64,000 bases of DNA from assembly GCA_050246315.1 (NCBI GenBank), contig JBFWWG010000009.1, positions 1-64,000 on the forward strand. Reading direction: 5' to 3'. The DNA comes from Nitrospiraceae bacterium. Its GTDB lineage: Bacteria; Nitrospirota; Nitrospiria; Nitrospirales; Nitrospiraceae. How positions within the stretch are numbered: the first letter of the stretch is position 1; each line of letters starts with the position of its first letter. This document shows positions 9,227 through 20,636 of the stretch, piece after piece. The translations under genes were made by a program, and so were the position numbers. Below the pieces are notes generated by a model. The model was not told the DNA's origin. It worked only from the letters and a program-made list of their open reading frames with translations, and did no database searches.

Positions 9227-11239
9227 TTGGACCCTGTGACAACCCCGACCCGGACCTCTTCAAACGTGAAATCGCTTCGGATCGCGCTTTTCGGCGCCGG
9301 GCGCCACGCCCAACACCATGCGCGGGCGATTCTGCGCTGCCCCGGGGCTGAACTGGTGGCCGTGGCCGATCCGTCGGAAGCCGCGCAAACTGCCATGCGT
9401 GGGATTGTGCCGGGGATAACATCCTTCACCACGCCGGAAGCACTGCTTGCCGCTGTCCGCCCCGACATCGTCCATATTATTACCCCTCCGGCATCTCACG
9501 CGACGCTGGCGCGGGCGGCGCTCCATGCCGGGAGCCATATCTATGTAGAGAAGCCGTTTGCCGAACGGGTGGAGGATGCACGACAGATTCTGGACGAGGC
9601 GCGCGCCCAGGACCGGTTGGTCTGCGCCGGCCATCAGTTACTGTACGAGCCTCCGACCAGGGTGCTGGCCCAGTACCTGCCTTCGGTCGGGCAGGTCGCG
9701 CACGTGGAGAGCTATTTCTCGTTTCGCACGGTTCGGCACGCGCCGGGAGGGCGAACGGTGCTTCGCGCGGACCACCAGTTGCTCGATATCCTGCCGCATC
9801 CGGTCTATCTGCTCTTGCAGGTGCTCCAACAGACGAGCGAGGGGGCGATCGAGCTGGTCTCCCTGGAGGTGAGTCATGCGGGAACAGTGCACGCGCTGGT
9901 GCGGCGGGGCGGAGTGACGGGCACGCTGGTGGTCACGCTGGAGGGGCGGCCCGTCGAGAGCTATCTCCGCGTGATCGGTCGGAACGGATCGCTGTTCGCC
10001 GACTATGTTCGGAGTACCGTGCAACGAGCCATCGGACCCGGCTCATCGGGCATCGACAAACTGTTCGCTCCCTATCGACAAGCCTGGCAACTCGTAACCG
10101 GCACCACGGCCGCAATGGCGCGCCGCTTCCTCAAGCGCCAGCAGAGTTATCCCGGCTTGGTAGAGCTGTTTACTGCCTTCTATGACTCGGTGCGGTGCGG
10201 GACTCCATCGCCGCTTTCTCCCGAGAGTCTGTTGGAGACCGTGCGCATCTGCGAGAAGGTCGCCCTGGCGCTTCGCGAGCGGGAAATCAAGGCGCTGGCT
10301 GCGGCTCAGCCGAGACCGGTTGAGAGCCGCGGAGTGGTCGTGACCGGCGGAACCGGATTTCTTGGAAAAGAAATCGTGCGCGCCTTGCTGGCGAGCAACC
10401 GCCCGGTTCGTGTCGTGGCGCGGAGGGAACCGTCGCCGTGGGAACGGATTGCCGGGGCCGAATATGTGGTAGCCGATGTGGCGTCAGGTGCGGACGCCCA
10501 TCTGTTCAAGGGAGTGGAGACGGTCATTCATGCAGCGGCGGAAACCGCGGGCGGGTGGAACGAGCATCAACGCAACTCCCTGGATGCGACCGAGCAGATG
10601 GTTCGCGGGGCGGCGGCGGCCGGGATTACGCGATTTATCCATATCAGCAGTCTGGCGGTGTTGGCACAGGGAACGGGCGCGTCGATCGGCGACGACCATC
10701 CCCTGGAGCCGGACAGCAAGGGGTCCGGTCCCTATGTCTGGGGCAAGCTGGAATCCGAGCGATTGGCGGTGCGAGTGGGAAAGGAACTCGGACTGTCCGT
10801 CAAGGTCATCCGACCGGGGGCGCTTGTGGATTACCGCCACTTCGACCCGCCGGGTCGCCTGGGCAAGCGGCTGGGCAACATCTTTGTGGCGGTCGGTTCG
10901 TCGAGCGACAGGCTGGGCGTGGTCGATGTCGGCTTCTCCGGGCGCTTTCTGGCTTGGACGGTCGATCACTGGGACGACGTGCCGAGTCCGTTGAACCTGC
11001 TTGATCCCGTCTCTCCGACCAAGCGGGAGCTGCTGGATCAACTCCGCCGCGCCAATCCCGATCTCACTGTGATCTGGCTCCCGAGGTTCGTCCTGATCCC
11101 GCTGTCCTGGGCGGCCCTGTTTGCGCAGAAACTCCTCCGACCCGGGATACCTCCCATCAACATCGCCAAGGTCTTCAGCGTGCTGCCCTACGACACCTCG
11201 CTCATCGCCAAACTCGCTTCGAACCTTCCTCCTCGCTAG
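9227..11239 (+). CDS. Fusion of a Gfo/Idh/MocA oxidoreductase and an NAD-dependent epimerase/dehydratase (extended SDR)
   Basis: N-terminal GAGRHA Rossmann motif and YVEKPF; C-terminal TGGTGFLG, HAAA and YVWGK (YxxxK). Confidence 0.88.
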   Translation: MDPVTTPTRTSSNVKSLRIALFGAGRHAQHHARAILRCPGAELVAVADPSEAAQTAMRGIVPGITSFTTPEALLAAVRPDIVHIITPPASHATLARAALHAGSHIYVEKPFAERVEDARQILDEARAQDRLVCAGHQLLYEPPTRVLAQYLPSVGQVAHVESYFSFRTVRHAPGGRTVLRADHQLLDILPHPVYLLLQVLQQTSEGAIELVSLEVSHAGTVHALVRRGGVTGTLVVTLEGRPVESYLRVIGRNGSLFADYVRSTVQRAIGPGSSGIDKLFAPYRQAWQLVTGTTAAMARRFLKRQQSYPGLVELFTAFYDSVRCGTPSPLSPESLLETVRICEKVALALREREIKALAAAQPRPVESRGVVVTGGTGFLGKEIVRALLASNRPVRVVARREPSPWERIAGAEYVVADVASGADAHLFKGVETVIHAAAETAGGWNEHQRNSLDATEQMVRGAAAAGITRFIHISSLAVLAQGTGASIGDDHPLEPDSKGSGPYVWGKLESERLAVRVGKELGLSVKVIRPGALVDYRHFDPPGRLGKRLGNIFVAVGSSSDRLGVVDVGFSGRFLAWTVDHWDDVPSPLNLLDPVSPTKRELLDQLRRANPDLTVIWLPRFVLIPLSWAALFAQKLLRPGIPPINIAKVFSVLPYDTSLIAKLASNLPPR

Positions 11240-11378
11240 ACCATTCATTCGCCGATCGGTTTCGGGTCGCCGGCACTCCCCAATTGTCGCGCTTCGTGCT
11301 GTAGGGATTCAGATCTCGTCGAAACAACACGCGGCTTGATCGTTCTCAAGCGGCTCCATAAAATGGGGCGTCCGATCC

Positions 11379-13928
11379 TTGCAAACGGAGGTCTCTATGC
11401 CCAGGATCAAGAAGAGCGGCATGGCGAAAACAGGCGCAACCGGAACCGTGGCGCCGTCCCTGTCGTCCCCGCCGACCGCGCAGGATTTTGAGAAGCTCGG
11501 CGTCTTCTATCTGGGAAGGCCCTACGATCTGGCCGCCAAGAAGGCTCAGGCCGGATGGCTCCTCTACGATTCTAAGGACCTCGTCACCCACGCCGTCTGC
11601 GTCGGCATGACCGGAAGCGGCAAAACCGGCCTCTGCCTCGCGTTGCTCGAAGAGGCGGCGATCGACGGGATTCCGGCCCTCATCATCGATCCGAAGGGCG
11701 ATCTCGGCAACCTGCTCCTGACCTTCCCCCAGCTTCGGGGAGAGGACTTTGCTCCCTGGATCAACGAAGACGAGGCACGTCAAAAAGGGCTTTCGCCGAC
11801 CGACTATGCAGCCAAACAGGCGGAGATTTGGAAGAACGGATTGGCGCAGTGGGGACAGGATGGCCAACGGATTGTCCGGTTACGGGAGTCGGCGGAGTTT
11901 GCGATCTACACGCCCGGCAGCAATGCCGGCCTGCCGGTCTCGATCCTCAAGTCGTTTGCGGCACCGGATGCGGGTCTTCGCGCGGATGCCGAATTCCTCC
12001 GAGAACGCATCGGCACCACCGCCACCAGCATCCTGGGATTGCTGGGCATCGAGGCCGATCCCATCAAGAGCCGCGAGCACATCTTGCTGTCCACTATTTT
12101 CGATGTGGCCTGGCGGGACGGACAGAATCTGGACCTTGCGGCCTTGATTCAGCAGATCCAGACACCGCCGGTCTCGAAAGTCGGCGTGATGGATCTGGAA
12201 TCGTTCTATCCCTCCAAGGAGCGCTTCGCGCTGGCCATGCAACTGAACAATTTGCTGGCGGCGCCCGGCTTTGCTTCCTGGCTGGAAGGAGAGGCGCTGG
12301 ACATGCAGTCACTCCTGTATACGCCGGAGGGCAAACCGCGAATGGCCATCATGTCGGTCGCGCACTTGAGCGAGGCCGAGCGGATGTTCTTCGTATCGCT
12401 CCTCCTGAATCAAGCGCTCGGCTGGGTCCGAGCCCAGTCCGGCACGACGACCTTGCGTGCCCTGATCTATATGGACGAGATTTTCGGGTACTTCCCGCCG
12501 GTGGCCAATCCTCCATCCAAAGGTCCTTTGCTGACGCTGCTGAAACAGGCCAGAGCCTTCGGTGTCGGCGTGGTCTTGGCGACCCAGAACCCCGTGGATC
12601 TGGATTACAAGGGACTGGCCAATACCGGAACCTGGTTCATCGGTCGGCTCCAGACCGAGCGGGACAAGGCGCGGGTGCTCGAAGGGCTCGAAGGAGCGTC
12701 GGCAGGCACGGGTAAGCGCTTCGATCGCAAACGGATGGAAGAAACGTTGGCCGGGTTGGGCAATCGGATCTTTCTCATGAATAACGTGCATGAGGATGAA
12801 CCGGTGATCTTCGAGACCCGTTGGGCCCTGTCCTATCTCCGCGGGCCGTTGACGCGGGCCCAGATCAAATCCTTGATGGACCCGGTGAGAGGTCAAGCGT
12901 CAAACGTCAAGCGTCAAACGGGTGGAAAGGAGGAATCCGGTTCGTTACGAATGACGAATGACGATTTGCGAATGACGGCTTCGCGCCCCGTTCTCCCTCC
13001 CGAAGTCCCCCAATATTTCGTCCCGGTGCGCGGGGCTCAACCGGAAAGCAGCAGCCTCGTCTATCGCCCGATGGTCCTGGGGCTCTCGCAGATCCGATTC
13101 GTCGATGCCAGGAAGGGACTCGAATCCGTCCGCGACGAGGCTCATGTGATGCCTGTCGATCGCGCCGCAACGATGATCGACTGGGAGCGGAGTTCGGTCG
13201 TCGCTGTCGTACGAGACGACCTTGAACAAGCGCCGAACTCCGAGGCGCGATTTGAGGAGGTCGCTTCAGAGGCAGGCCGTGCGAAAAGTTACGACGGATG
13301 GAAGAAAACCTATGCGAATTGGCTGTTCCGAACCGCCAAGCTCGATCTCTATCGGAGCCCGAGCCTGTCCGAAGTCTCCCAACCGCATGAGACCGAACGA
13401 GACTTCAGGGTGCGGCTGCAACAGGTTGCGCGCGAGCGCCGTGATGCGGCCGTTGAGAAGCTGCGCCAAAAATATGCATCGAAGATCGCGACCCTGCAAG
13501 ATCGCATCCGGCGGGCGGAGCAGGCCGTGGAGCGGGAAAAGGAACAGGCGAAGCAGACGGGGCTCCAAACGGCCCTGTCGGTCGGCGCGACGATACTCGG
13601 TGCGTTCATGGGCCGAAAGACCATCTCCTCGACCACGATCGGGAAAGCAACCACGGCCCTCGGCAAGGCCGGCCGGACGATGAAGGACATGAAAGATGTC
13701 GGGATGGCGCAGGACAACGTGGCGGCGCTGCACCAGCACTTGGCCGACCTTGAGGCCCAGTTCAAGGTCGAAGCGGACAACCTGGCCGGCGTCGATCCGC
13801 AGACGGAACCGCTCGAATCCGTTCCTCTCCGTCCCACCAAGACCAATATCTCCGTGAAACTGGTGGCGCTGGCCTGGCTGCCGTACTGGCGAGATTCGGC
13901 GGAGAACCTCCTCCCAGCCTATCAATAG
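11379..13928 (+). CDS. HerA/FtsK-like P-loop ATPase with C-terminal coiled coil (start may be ATG 11397)
   Basis: Walker A GMTGSGKT, IIDPKGD, Walker B IYMDE, LATQNPVDLDYK. Confidence 0.85.
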   Translation: MQTEVSMPRIKKSGMAKTGATGTVAPSLSSPPTAQDFEKLGVFYLGRPYDLAAKKAQAGWLLYDSKDLVTHAVCVGMTGSGKTGLCLALLEEAAIDGIPALIIDPKGDLGNLLLTFPQLRGEDFAPWINEDEARQKGLSPTDYAAKQAEIWKNGLAQWGQDGQRIVRLRESAEFAIYTPGSNAGLPVSILKSFAAPDAGLRADAEFLRERIGTTATSILGLLGIEADPIKSREHILLSTIFDVAWRDGQNLDLAALIQQIQTPPVSKVGVMDLESFYPSKERFALAMQLNNLLAAPGFASWLEGEALDMQSLLYTPEGKPRMAIMSVAHLSEAERMFFVSLLLNQALGWVRAQSGTTTLRALIYMDEIFGYFPPVANPPSKGPLLTLLKQARAFGVGVVLATQNPVDLDYKGLANTGTWFIGRLQTERDKARVLEGLEGASAGTGKRFDRKRMEETLAGLGNRIFLMNNVHEDEPVIFETRWALSYLRGPLTRAQIKSLMDPVRGQASNVKRQTGGKEESGSLRMTNDDLRMTASRPVLPPEVPQYFVPVRGAQPESSSLVYRPMVLGLSQIRFVDARKGLESVRDEAHVMPVDRAATMIDWERSSVVAVVRDDLEQAPNSEARFEEVASEAGRAKSYDGWKKTYANWLFRTAKLDLYRSPSLSEVSQPHETERDFRVRLQQVARERRDAAVEKLRQKYASKIATLQDRIRRAEQAVEREKEQAKQTGLQTALSVGATILGAFMGRKTISSTTIGKATTALGKAGRTMKDMKDVGMAQDNVAALHQHLADLEAQFKVEADNLAGVDPQTEPLESVPLRPTKTNISVKLVALAWLPYWRDSAENLLPAYQ
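12892..12977. repeat. Inverted heptamer tandem repeat inside the ATPase CDS
   Basis: (GTCAARC)x4, spacer, then several TGACGAA-like units; encodes QASNVKRQ...RMTNDDLRMT. Confidence 0.75.
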
Positions 13929-13973
13929 CACAGACTTGTTCGTGGCCCAGAGGCGGTGTGGATGGCCGTTCCT

Positions 13974-14109
13974 CTGGCAGGGTGAGAGAAAACACTCCGT
14001 TCATCCTTCGAGAGCCTCAGGACGAACGGAGCAGTCATTGAATATCTGGTGTTTTCCGATCGCGCTGAGCCTGTCGAAGCACACAAATCGAATTTTTCGC
14101 AGCCTGCTA
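13974..14109. mobile_element. MITE-like repeat family 2, copy 1
   Basis: Closely similar to 30179-30316; internal TCCTTCGAGAGCCTCAGGA and GCTGAGCCTGTCGAAGC palindromes; right end TTTTTCGCAGCCTGCTA includes the stop of the convergent gene. Confidence 0.8.
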
Positions 14110-15297
14110 CCGGTATCCGTTCTGGAGGACATAAAGCGGATTAAGGACGGTCACGGCAATTTTTTCGGCCGTGGTGAATCCGTTTTTCCGCATGGCCAAT
14201 GTGGCTCTGAAGACCAATTCTCCAAAAATCGAACCCACGATCGGGGTCACGATCAAGTCTTGAATGCTGGGCCGCTCCGCCCAACTTTCAACGAGGTATT
14301 CGAAGGCCGTTGACATGGCAACCGAGAAGAGAAACGACCGGAGCGGGCTCTCTCCGACATTCCGTTGAGTGAGATAGAAACTCATCCCGAAATAAGGGTG
14401 CCCGACGTAATTGACGATCGCACGATCCTTGTCGAACACGGGTGGTTTCGTCCAGGCGTCTTCGAAATGCTCCCACGCCTCCTCGTAGGCGCCTTCCTTC
14501 GTGGTTCCGGTGAAGGAGGAGGGCAAGAAGGCATAGGCCGCAAAGCCGAGAAACACTCCTCCTAAGAGACCCGCTACGGTTTTTGCCGCGTGATGCGGCG
14601 GCGGAGGCCCGATCTCCGGCAAGGTGGAGTCTGTGAAGGGATCGCGGGAGCTGTCACGATGGAGCAGCGGCTGATCCCGAAACCCGCCATAGGCGTTCCG
14701 AAGGGGGCGAGACGACACGCGCTCACGATGCGCAAGCACCGAGCCGTCCGGCAGTTCGAGTTGGCCGAGGTCTCCGAGCGGCACCAGACGCGCATGATGG
14801 AACCACGTTTGTCGAAGGGGCGGGCGCAGTGGCACGTCATGCATGAGTGGACGTTCGATGGGGAGTGTGATGCCCGATGCCTCGCAGGGACGGGTTCCGC
14901 TGGAGTGCGATGCGGAGAGAAACGATGTTCCGCACGAGGCTGTGTCCCCGTGACTGCCCATAGCGAGCGACGTCGGTTCGATCAGAGGCTCGTATTTCGA
15001 CTCGCTGTCCAGGGCAGCCGTCTCGCGGGTCTCGCCCCCGGTTTCCTCCGTATCCGCAACGGCAAGGTTCGTCGAGGCCGGTTTCCGGGTGCTCTGGTCC
15101 TGGAACGAAGAAGCCGGTCCGCTCATGCTCGACGGTTCTCTGGCGGGAGTCGGGTCAAAGGCGGCTACGCAGCCGGTAGCACAACCGGCCAACATGAGGC
15201 AGGCGATCACCCTGGTTACGGAGGCGCAAGCAGTCAGGCGGAGGTCCTCCGTGGCACCATGATCATAAGCTTCCACGTAGGCCCTTTCCGCGGACAA
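14107..15297 (-). CDS. DUF3943-like domain protein (start uncertain)
   Basis: C-terminal NYVGHPYFG...FEYLVESWAERPSIQDLIVTPIVGS motif; low-complexity N-terminus. Confidence 0.7.
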   Translation of the reverse strand: MSAERAYVEAYDHGATEDLRLTACASVTRVIACLMLAGCATGCVAAFDPTPAREPSSMSGPASSFQDQSTRKPASTNLAVADTEETGGETRETAALDSESKYEPLIEPTSLAMGSHGDTASCGTSFLSASHSSGTRPCEASGITLPIERPLMHDVPLRPPLRQTWFHHARLVPLGDLGQLELPDGSVLAHRERVSSRPLRNAYGGFRDQPLLHRDSSRDPFTDSTLPEIGPPPPHHAAKTVAGLLGGVFLGFAAYAFLPSSFTGTTKEGAYEEAWEHFEDAWTKPPVFDKDRAIVNYVGHPYFGMSFYLTQRNVGESPLRSFLFSVAMSTAFEYLVESWAERPSIQDLIVTPIVGSIFGELVFRATLAMRKNGFTTAEKIAVTVLNPLYVLQNGYR

Positions 15298-15399
15298 TCA
15301 GTCTTGTAGATGGTCGGCGATACCGGCAATCGAGCCCGACACGTGGCCATTGCTGGACGGAACGAGTGATTGGGCTCGGCGTGATAACGTGATCCGGCG

Positions 15400-15717
15400 C
15401 TATTTTGGAGGCCTCGCCGGCACCGCCGGGTCGCGGAAGGCTTGGACATAGAGCGAACACTGTTCTTTGGCTTCGGCCAGAGAGCCTTCGTGTTTCTGCA
15501 GACACTCACGATAGTTCTTCATCAATTTGGCCACTTCATCCCGATAGGTCGTTTCCGCCTGGAGCCTGCGGTATTCCTGGCATTGAAGGGCGACGTTTCC
15601 GGACCAAAAGGTGTCGCTGGGGAGTGTGCCGCAGTCTGTCTGGTTGTATTGCACGCTGGTACAGCCGATCAGACCAAACGCGAAGAGCGGAAGGAGGCGA
15701 AATACCGATTGTGTCAT
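15400..15717 (-). CDS. Small hypothetical lipoprotein
   Basis: Lipobox LIGC after a hydrophobic stretch; four further Cys; helical. Confidence 0.65.
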   Translation of the reverse strand: MTQSVFRLLPLFAFGLIGCTSVQYNQTDCGTLPSDTFWSGNVALQCQEYRRLQAETTYRDEVAKLMKNYRECLQKHEGSLAEAKEQCSLYVQAFRDPAVPARPPK

Positions 15718-15920
15718 GGCTACCTGGCTTTGTCCGGGTTAAGGGCGAAACTTGGGGGGCGCAGCCTTATAGCAAGGAACCCAGGACAATTGCAACTGCC
15801 GATATCCTGGAGAGATCTCAGCCCGAACCTTGTGCGTCTTCCCGAGGTCAGGCGGGAACGGGAGGTCGGTTCCCTCCGTGGAATGAGCGAATCTCGAAGG
15901 AAGCGGTCGTGTGGCTTCGT

Positions 15921-17285
15921 TCATCGTTTAGGCCAATATCCAAGCGTAAACATCAACTCATACCCACCGACGCGGCTAGTCGTATTTGGTCCGTAGACGG
16001 CGCTGTCATAGGTTGCCGAGTTGGCCAGGACGTAGGTGAAATTCGAATCGAACCAGAGCGAAGGCGTGAACCGATACAACAGGCCGCCCATGAAATGATG
16101 TTCGGTGATGTTGGCGGTGGTCGGGTCCAGCGTAGTCGAACGGGTCGGGTTGTTGCCGTAATTGTATCCGCCGTGGAAGGTCATGGCGGAGGTGACCTCG
16201 TAGGCGGTACCGATGGCGGTGACGTACTGGTCGCGCCAATTGAACGGCACGACCACCCGGCTGGTCGGCACCAAGGGATTACTCCCGTTCGTGAAGTCGA
16301 TGACCACATTGTTGAGGGCGCCGTCCCAGTTGATCCATTGAAATTTGAATGCCAATAGCCATGCATCGGTGGGACGGTACGATAGCCCCACGGCGAGATC
16401 GTCCGCCCATTTCATCCCGCTGGCGTTCACATCGAAAGTGGCGGTTCCGAGCGGCCCCAGGTTCTGCGTCCCACGCCCGCTGCGAAACGGAAGATTCGTG
16501 CCCATCGTATAGGCCAGGCCGAGGGTCATGCGGTCGGTCACCTGGTACATGATCCCGAACTTGGGCGTGATGCCCAGGGCATAGCCGCAAGTGCCGCCGG
16601 GGGGAGCCAGGCCGCTGTGGTGCGTGCAGGACCCTTCGACGGCAAAACCGGTCGGGGTATTCGGCAACACGGTTAGTGCGACATCGGCGTACGAGAGGCC
16701 GAGCGAGGCACCGATCGACAGGTCCTTCGTCAGTTGGATCGAAATGGACGGCGCCAGTTTGTAATGGCGCAGTTGGCTGCTCGTCCGATCGTTCACCGCG
16801 AACGGCGTGCGCAGGCCTCGATAGTCCGTGGCGATTCCGCCCACCGTGAAGAATCCGAGCCCGAGCGTCACCGGCGTGCCGGAGAGAGTCTTGACGAACC
16901 CGAAGTTCGTATAGAGCAGGGCATCGTCGCTGCCCTCGACGTTATTCGCCACGTTTTGAAACTGGGTATTCGGTTTGATCATCGCGAACGACAAGCCCGC
17001 CGTCCATTCATTGATTCGACTCATGCCTGCCGGGTTGGTATTCATCGTGGTGTAGTCGAGGGCGATGGCGGTGTCGGCGCCGGCCAGGGCGGAGGACCAG
17101 CCTCCCGAGGTTGTGAGGTTCATGCCGTTGAGGGCGTCGGCGGTTTGAGGGGTTCCCATCACGAGCCACAATGTGAACCAGGCAAGGAGTACCTGGCCGG
17201 GCGCCGACTGGCCCGCCCGGGATATCGGGCCCGTCCTCCTAGAACTGATGTGTTGCTGTGGAGAGTGATTCCGAGATTCGTCCAT
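15921..17285 (-). CDS. OmpP1/FadL/TodX-family outer-membrane transporter
   Basis: ALAGADTA...NPAGM hatch motif, NWRDQY, GYNYGNNP, beta-strand pattern. Confidence 0.88.
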   Translation of the reverse strand: MDESRNHSPQQHISSRRTGPISRAGQSAPGQVLLAWFTLWLVMGTPQTADALNGMNLTTSGGWSSALAGADTAIALDYTTMNTNPAGMSRINEWTAGLSFAMIKPNTQFQNVANNVEGSDDALLYTNFGFVKTLSGTPVTLGLGFFTVGGIATDYRGLRTPFAVNDRTSSQLRHYKLAPSISIQLTKDLSIGASLGLSYADVALTVLPNTPTGFAVEGSCTHHSGLAPPGGTCGYALGITPKFGIMYQVTDRMTLGLAYTMGTNLPFRSGRGTQNLGPLGTATFDVNASGMKWADDLAVGLSYRPTDAWLLAFKFQWINWDGALNNVVIDFTNGSNPLVPTSRVVVPFNWRDQYVTAIGTAYEVTSAMTFHGGYNYGNNPTRSTTLDPTTANITEHHFMGGLLYRFTPSLWFDSNFTYVLANSATYDSAVYGPNTTSRVGGYELMFTLGYWPKR

Positions 17286-17297
17286 GAATAACGCGGG

Positions 17298-19688
17298 CTA
17301 ACTCGGCGTTGAGTCCTTGAAGTGCGAGGAGGCGCCGGCGAACAGTTCACGCAGTTTTTCGGTGAGTTCCTGACGAGTGAACGGTTTTGCGAGAATCAAT
17401 CCAACCGGGGTTGCGGGGTTGTGGCGGATCAACCGGTCTTCCTGATAGCCGGAGACGTAGAGGATCCTCACCATCGGGCGAACCTTGAGCAGACGGCGGG
17501 CCAGTTCGGGGCCGCTCATGCCGGGCATGACGACGTCCGTCATGACTGCATGGATCTCCCCGCCATGCTGTTGGGCGGCTGCCAAGGCCTCCTGTCCGTG
17601 GCGGGCGATCAGCACCTGGTAGCCGAATTCCTGCAACAGCGTAGCGGTATATTCCCGCACCACCAAATCGTCTTCTGCGAGCAGGATGGTGCCGGTGAAC
17701 GAATCCGGATGCGCGTGAAAGTCGATCGGGACTTGGGTCGGTGAGTGGGCTTCGGGAAGCAGGATATGGAACGAGGTCCCGATGTTCACTTGGCTGGTGA
17801 CGCTGATCATGCCCCCGGCCTGCGACACGATCCCTTCGACCACGGATAAGCCCAAACCCGAACCATGCCCCACTTCCTTAGTCGTGAAGAACGGTTCGAA
17901 GGCGCGTTGCAGGACCTCGGGCCCCATGCCGGATCCGGTATCGGTGACGGTGAGGCAGATATAGTGCCCCGGCGGCAGCTCAGCCTGGCCTTCGTTCAGC
18001 AGCAGGCTCGCCGTCGCAAAGGTCAGACAGCCGCCGTCCGGCATGGCGTCGCGGGCATTGGCCGCCAGATTGAGGATGACTTGCTGCAACTGAGTCGGGT
18101 CGAGCTTGACAGGCTTGAGATCGGGCGTGAGGTCGAGCAGCAGCTCGATATCCTCCCTCAGCGTCCGCCTGAGAAGGTCCTCGCTCTCGCGAATCTGCCG
18201 GTTGAGATCCAACACGGTCGGGGAGACCGGCTGTTTGCGACCGAAGGCCAGGAGCTGGCGGACGAGCGTGGCGCCGTGCAGGGCCGCGCACCTGATATTC
18301 AGGAGGCGCTTGGCTTCGAGGCTGTCGGGCGGCGCCTTGGTCAGCAGCACCTCCGCATAGCCGAGGATCGGCGTGAGCAGGTTGTTGAAATCGTGCGCCA
18401 CGCCCGCCGCCAGCCGGCCCACGGCCTCCAGCTTTTGGGCCTGCAACAGTTGCTCTTCGAGCGCCTTGCGCTCCGTCACGTCAAGCAGGGAGCCGGACAT
18501 GTGGACGGGCCTTCCCGATTCGTCCCAGATCGCCTGACCTCGTGCCGCGAACCACCGGCAATCCTCATTCTTCGTGAACATGCGAAACTCAATGTCAAAG
18601 CGCGTGTGGTCCTCCAGGTGGCGACGGAGGGCGCCGAACACGCGATCCGTATCGTCCGGATGGATACGAGACATCCAACTGTCCATGACCTCAGGGAACC
18701 CATCCTTGGCATAGCCTAAGAGTTCAGCGAACCGCGGCGAATAATAGACCGGCTGGTCCGCGCGAAACCAATCATCCGAGGTCCAGCGGGCATCCCAGAT
18801 GCCTTCCCGCGATCCGAGCACCGCCCGGTTGAACCGTTCGATGCTTTCCTGAAGCGCCAGCGCGATCTTCTGGCGTTCGAGCACCTCGGCACGCAGCGCC
18901 TCATTGGCCTGGGCCAATTCGGCGGTCCGTTCGCGGACGCGGGCCTCTAGATCATCATGCGCACCCCGCAGGGCGGCTTCCGCCTGGCGACGTTGGGCCA
19001 CCTGTTTGGTCAAGTCGGCGATCAGCAGGTTGTTGTCGTAGCGCAACTCGATCGAGGCGGCAATCGTGCGCGACAGGCGGATGGCGATCGTTGACGCCAC
19101 AATCAGAAAGAGGCCTCCCATCGAGGCCATGGCAAGGGAGATGGGCGTTCCTTGCTGAAGTAACACCACGATCATGGGAACGAGGGTCGGGAGCGCAAAG
19201 CTGAAAAAGGCCTCCTGGCGGGCCGACAAGGCCATGACCGCCCCAGCCGACATGCCTGCCAGCACAAAAATGGCGAACATTTGGTGGAGCGGCTGATCCG
19301 CCGGGGCCAGCCAGATTCCCGTTGCGCCCCAACCCAGGCCGGTCAGCAATGTGCCGGCCAGAAACCATCGCTTCCAGCGGCGGACATCTTGATCGAATTC
19401 CGAATGACGCAGGAAGGCAAAGCCGAGCGCCGTCCGTGCGAGGATCACGACCAACATGTAGCCCGCCCAGAACATCAGGATGTACGGGGCGACGACATGG
19501 CGCTGCACCCAGACGAGGATCAAGGCATTCAACGACGAAGCCATCAGAACGAGCGAGTTGTTGGCGAACAACAACCGGACCTCTTCTCCCTGAATCGCAT
19601 CCTGGCGGTCGCGGGCGGCAGGTGGACGGCTGGATGGGGGGAGAGTGGAGCCGGCTGCCGGCCGAGGCTCAGATGTGAGGGAGGTCAT
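17298..19688 (-). CDS. Membrane hybrid sensor kinase (TM region, PAS, HisKA, HATPase, receiver)
   Basis: [36 protein letters not shown], receiver LLAEDD...[10 protein letters not shown]...KPF. Confidence 0.95.
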   Translation of the reverse strand: MTSLTSEPRPAAGSTLPPSSRPPAARDRQDAIQGEEVRLLFANNSLVLMASSLNALILVWVQRHVVAPYILMFWAGYMLVVILARTALGFAFLRHSEFDQDVRRWKRWFLAGTLLTGLGWGATGIWLAPADQPLHQMFAIFVLAGMSAGAVMALSARQEAFFSFALPTLVPMIVVLLQQGTPISLAMASMGGLFLIVASTIAIRLSRTIAASIELRYDNNLLIADLTKQVAQRRQAEAALRGAHDDLEARVRERTAELAQANEALRAEVLERQKIALALQESIERFNRAVLGSREGIWDARWTSDDWFRADQPVYYSPRFAELLGYAKDGFPEVMDSWMSRIHPDDTDRVFGALRRHLEDHTRFDIEFRMFTKNEDCRWFAARGQAIWDESGRPVHMSGSLLDVTERKALEEQLLQAQKLEAVGRLAAGVAHDFNNLLTPILGYAEVLLTKAPPDSLEAKRLLNIRCAALHGATLVRQLLAFGRKQPVSPTVLDLNRQIRESEDLLRRTLREDIELLLDLTPDLKPVKLDPTQLQQVILNLAANARDAMPDGGCLTFATASLLLNEGQAELPPGHYICLTVTDTGSGMGPEVLQRAFEPFFTTKEVGHGSGLGLSVVEGIVSQAGGMISVTSQVNIGTSFHILLPEAHSPTQVPIDFHAHPDSFTGTILLAEDDLVVREYTATLLQEFGYQVLIARHGQEALAAAQQHGGEIHAVMTDVVMPGMSGPELARRLLKVRPMVRILYVSGYQEDRLIRHNPATPVGLILAKPFTRQELTEKLRELFAGASSHFKDSTPS

Positions 19689-19884
19689 GGCAAGTCCTCA
19701 TGGGTGGCAGGGACCGCGCCGCGCGCTCGTTCGCCGTTGGGCAGCCGGGGGAAGCGTGATCGGGGATGGGGACATGACGACAGTCGGATCGGAGCGATAC
19801 TCGCCATGTCCCGGCGAACCGGAACGATCGGCAGGCTGCGTGTTCGACCATGGGCGGCCGCAGAATTCGCTCGGCAGCGGCCGA

Positions 19885-20460
19885 TCAGGCCCCGTGTTTG
19901 CGGTCCCGTTGCATGAGCTTGTCGGTCCACGCCAGCAGAATGGCCGATCCAAGAAACGTCATGTGGATGAAGATCTGCCATTGGATATGTTCCGGCGGCA
20001 CGTTGCTCACATTGACGAAGGCTTTCAGCAGGTGGATGCTCGAAATGCCGATCAACGACGCGGCCAGCTTGACTTTGATCGTGCCCGGATCGACGTGGCT
20101 GAGCCAATCCGGACGGTCCGGATGGCCTTCGAGATCCAGCTTGCTGACGAAGGTGGCATAGCCGCCGATCACGACCATGGTCAGCAGATTGGCGACCATC
20201 GTAATGTCGATCAGGGACAGCACGCCCAGCATGAAAACGGTCTCGGAGATGGCTCCGATATGTGACACCATTTCCCAGAGCTCGATCAAAAACTTGTAGG
20301 CATAGAGCAATTCCGCAAGGATCAGGCCGGCATACAGCGGAGCCTGAATCCAGCGGCTCGCAAAGATGACCGTCTCCAGTGCCTGTTCGACTCGCGGCAC
20401 GGCGGCGGCGCGCATACGGGGTTGTACCGGATGTCCGTGGTCGTGGTGCGAGTCAGTCAA
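19885..20460 (-). CDS. UPF0114/YqhA (TIGR00645) membrane protein
   Basis: IFASRWIQAPLY, LSLIDITMVANLL, GGYATFVSKLD, KVKLAASLIGISSIHLLKAF. Confidence 0.9.
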   Translation of the reverse strand: MTDSHHDHGHPVQPRMRAAAVPRVEQALETVIFASRWIQAPLYAGLILAELLYAYKFLIELWEMVSHIGAISETVFMLGVLSLIDITMVANLLTMVVIGGYATFVSKLDLEGHPDRPDWLSHVDPGTIKVKLAASLIGISSIHLLKAFVNVSNVPPEHIQWQIFIHMTFLGSAILLAWTDKLMQRDRKHGA

Positions 20461-20636
20461 CCAAACGCCTCACGAATGATGGATGGATCAATGTGGAAAT
20501 CAACGGGGCGGCGGGAGCCTTGGCTTCGCGCGAGACAGACGCACAATCGACAAGCGGGCGTATCGTAGCCATCTCGCCGGGCTCTGTCAATGCGCATTTC
20601 TGAACAAACGCGCGCGTCATTGCCGTGCAGACCGGA

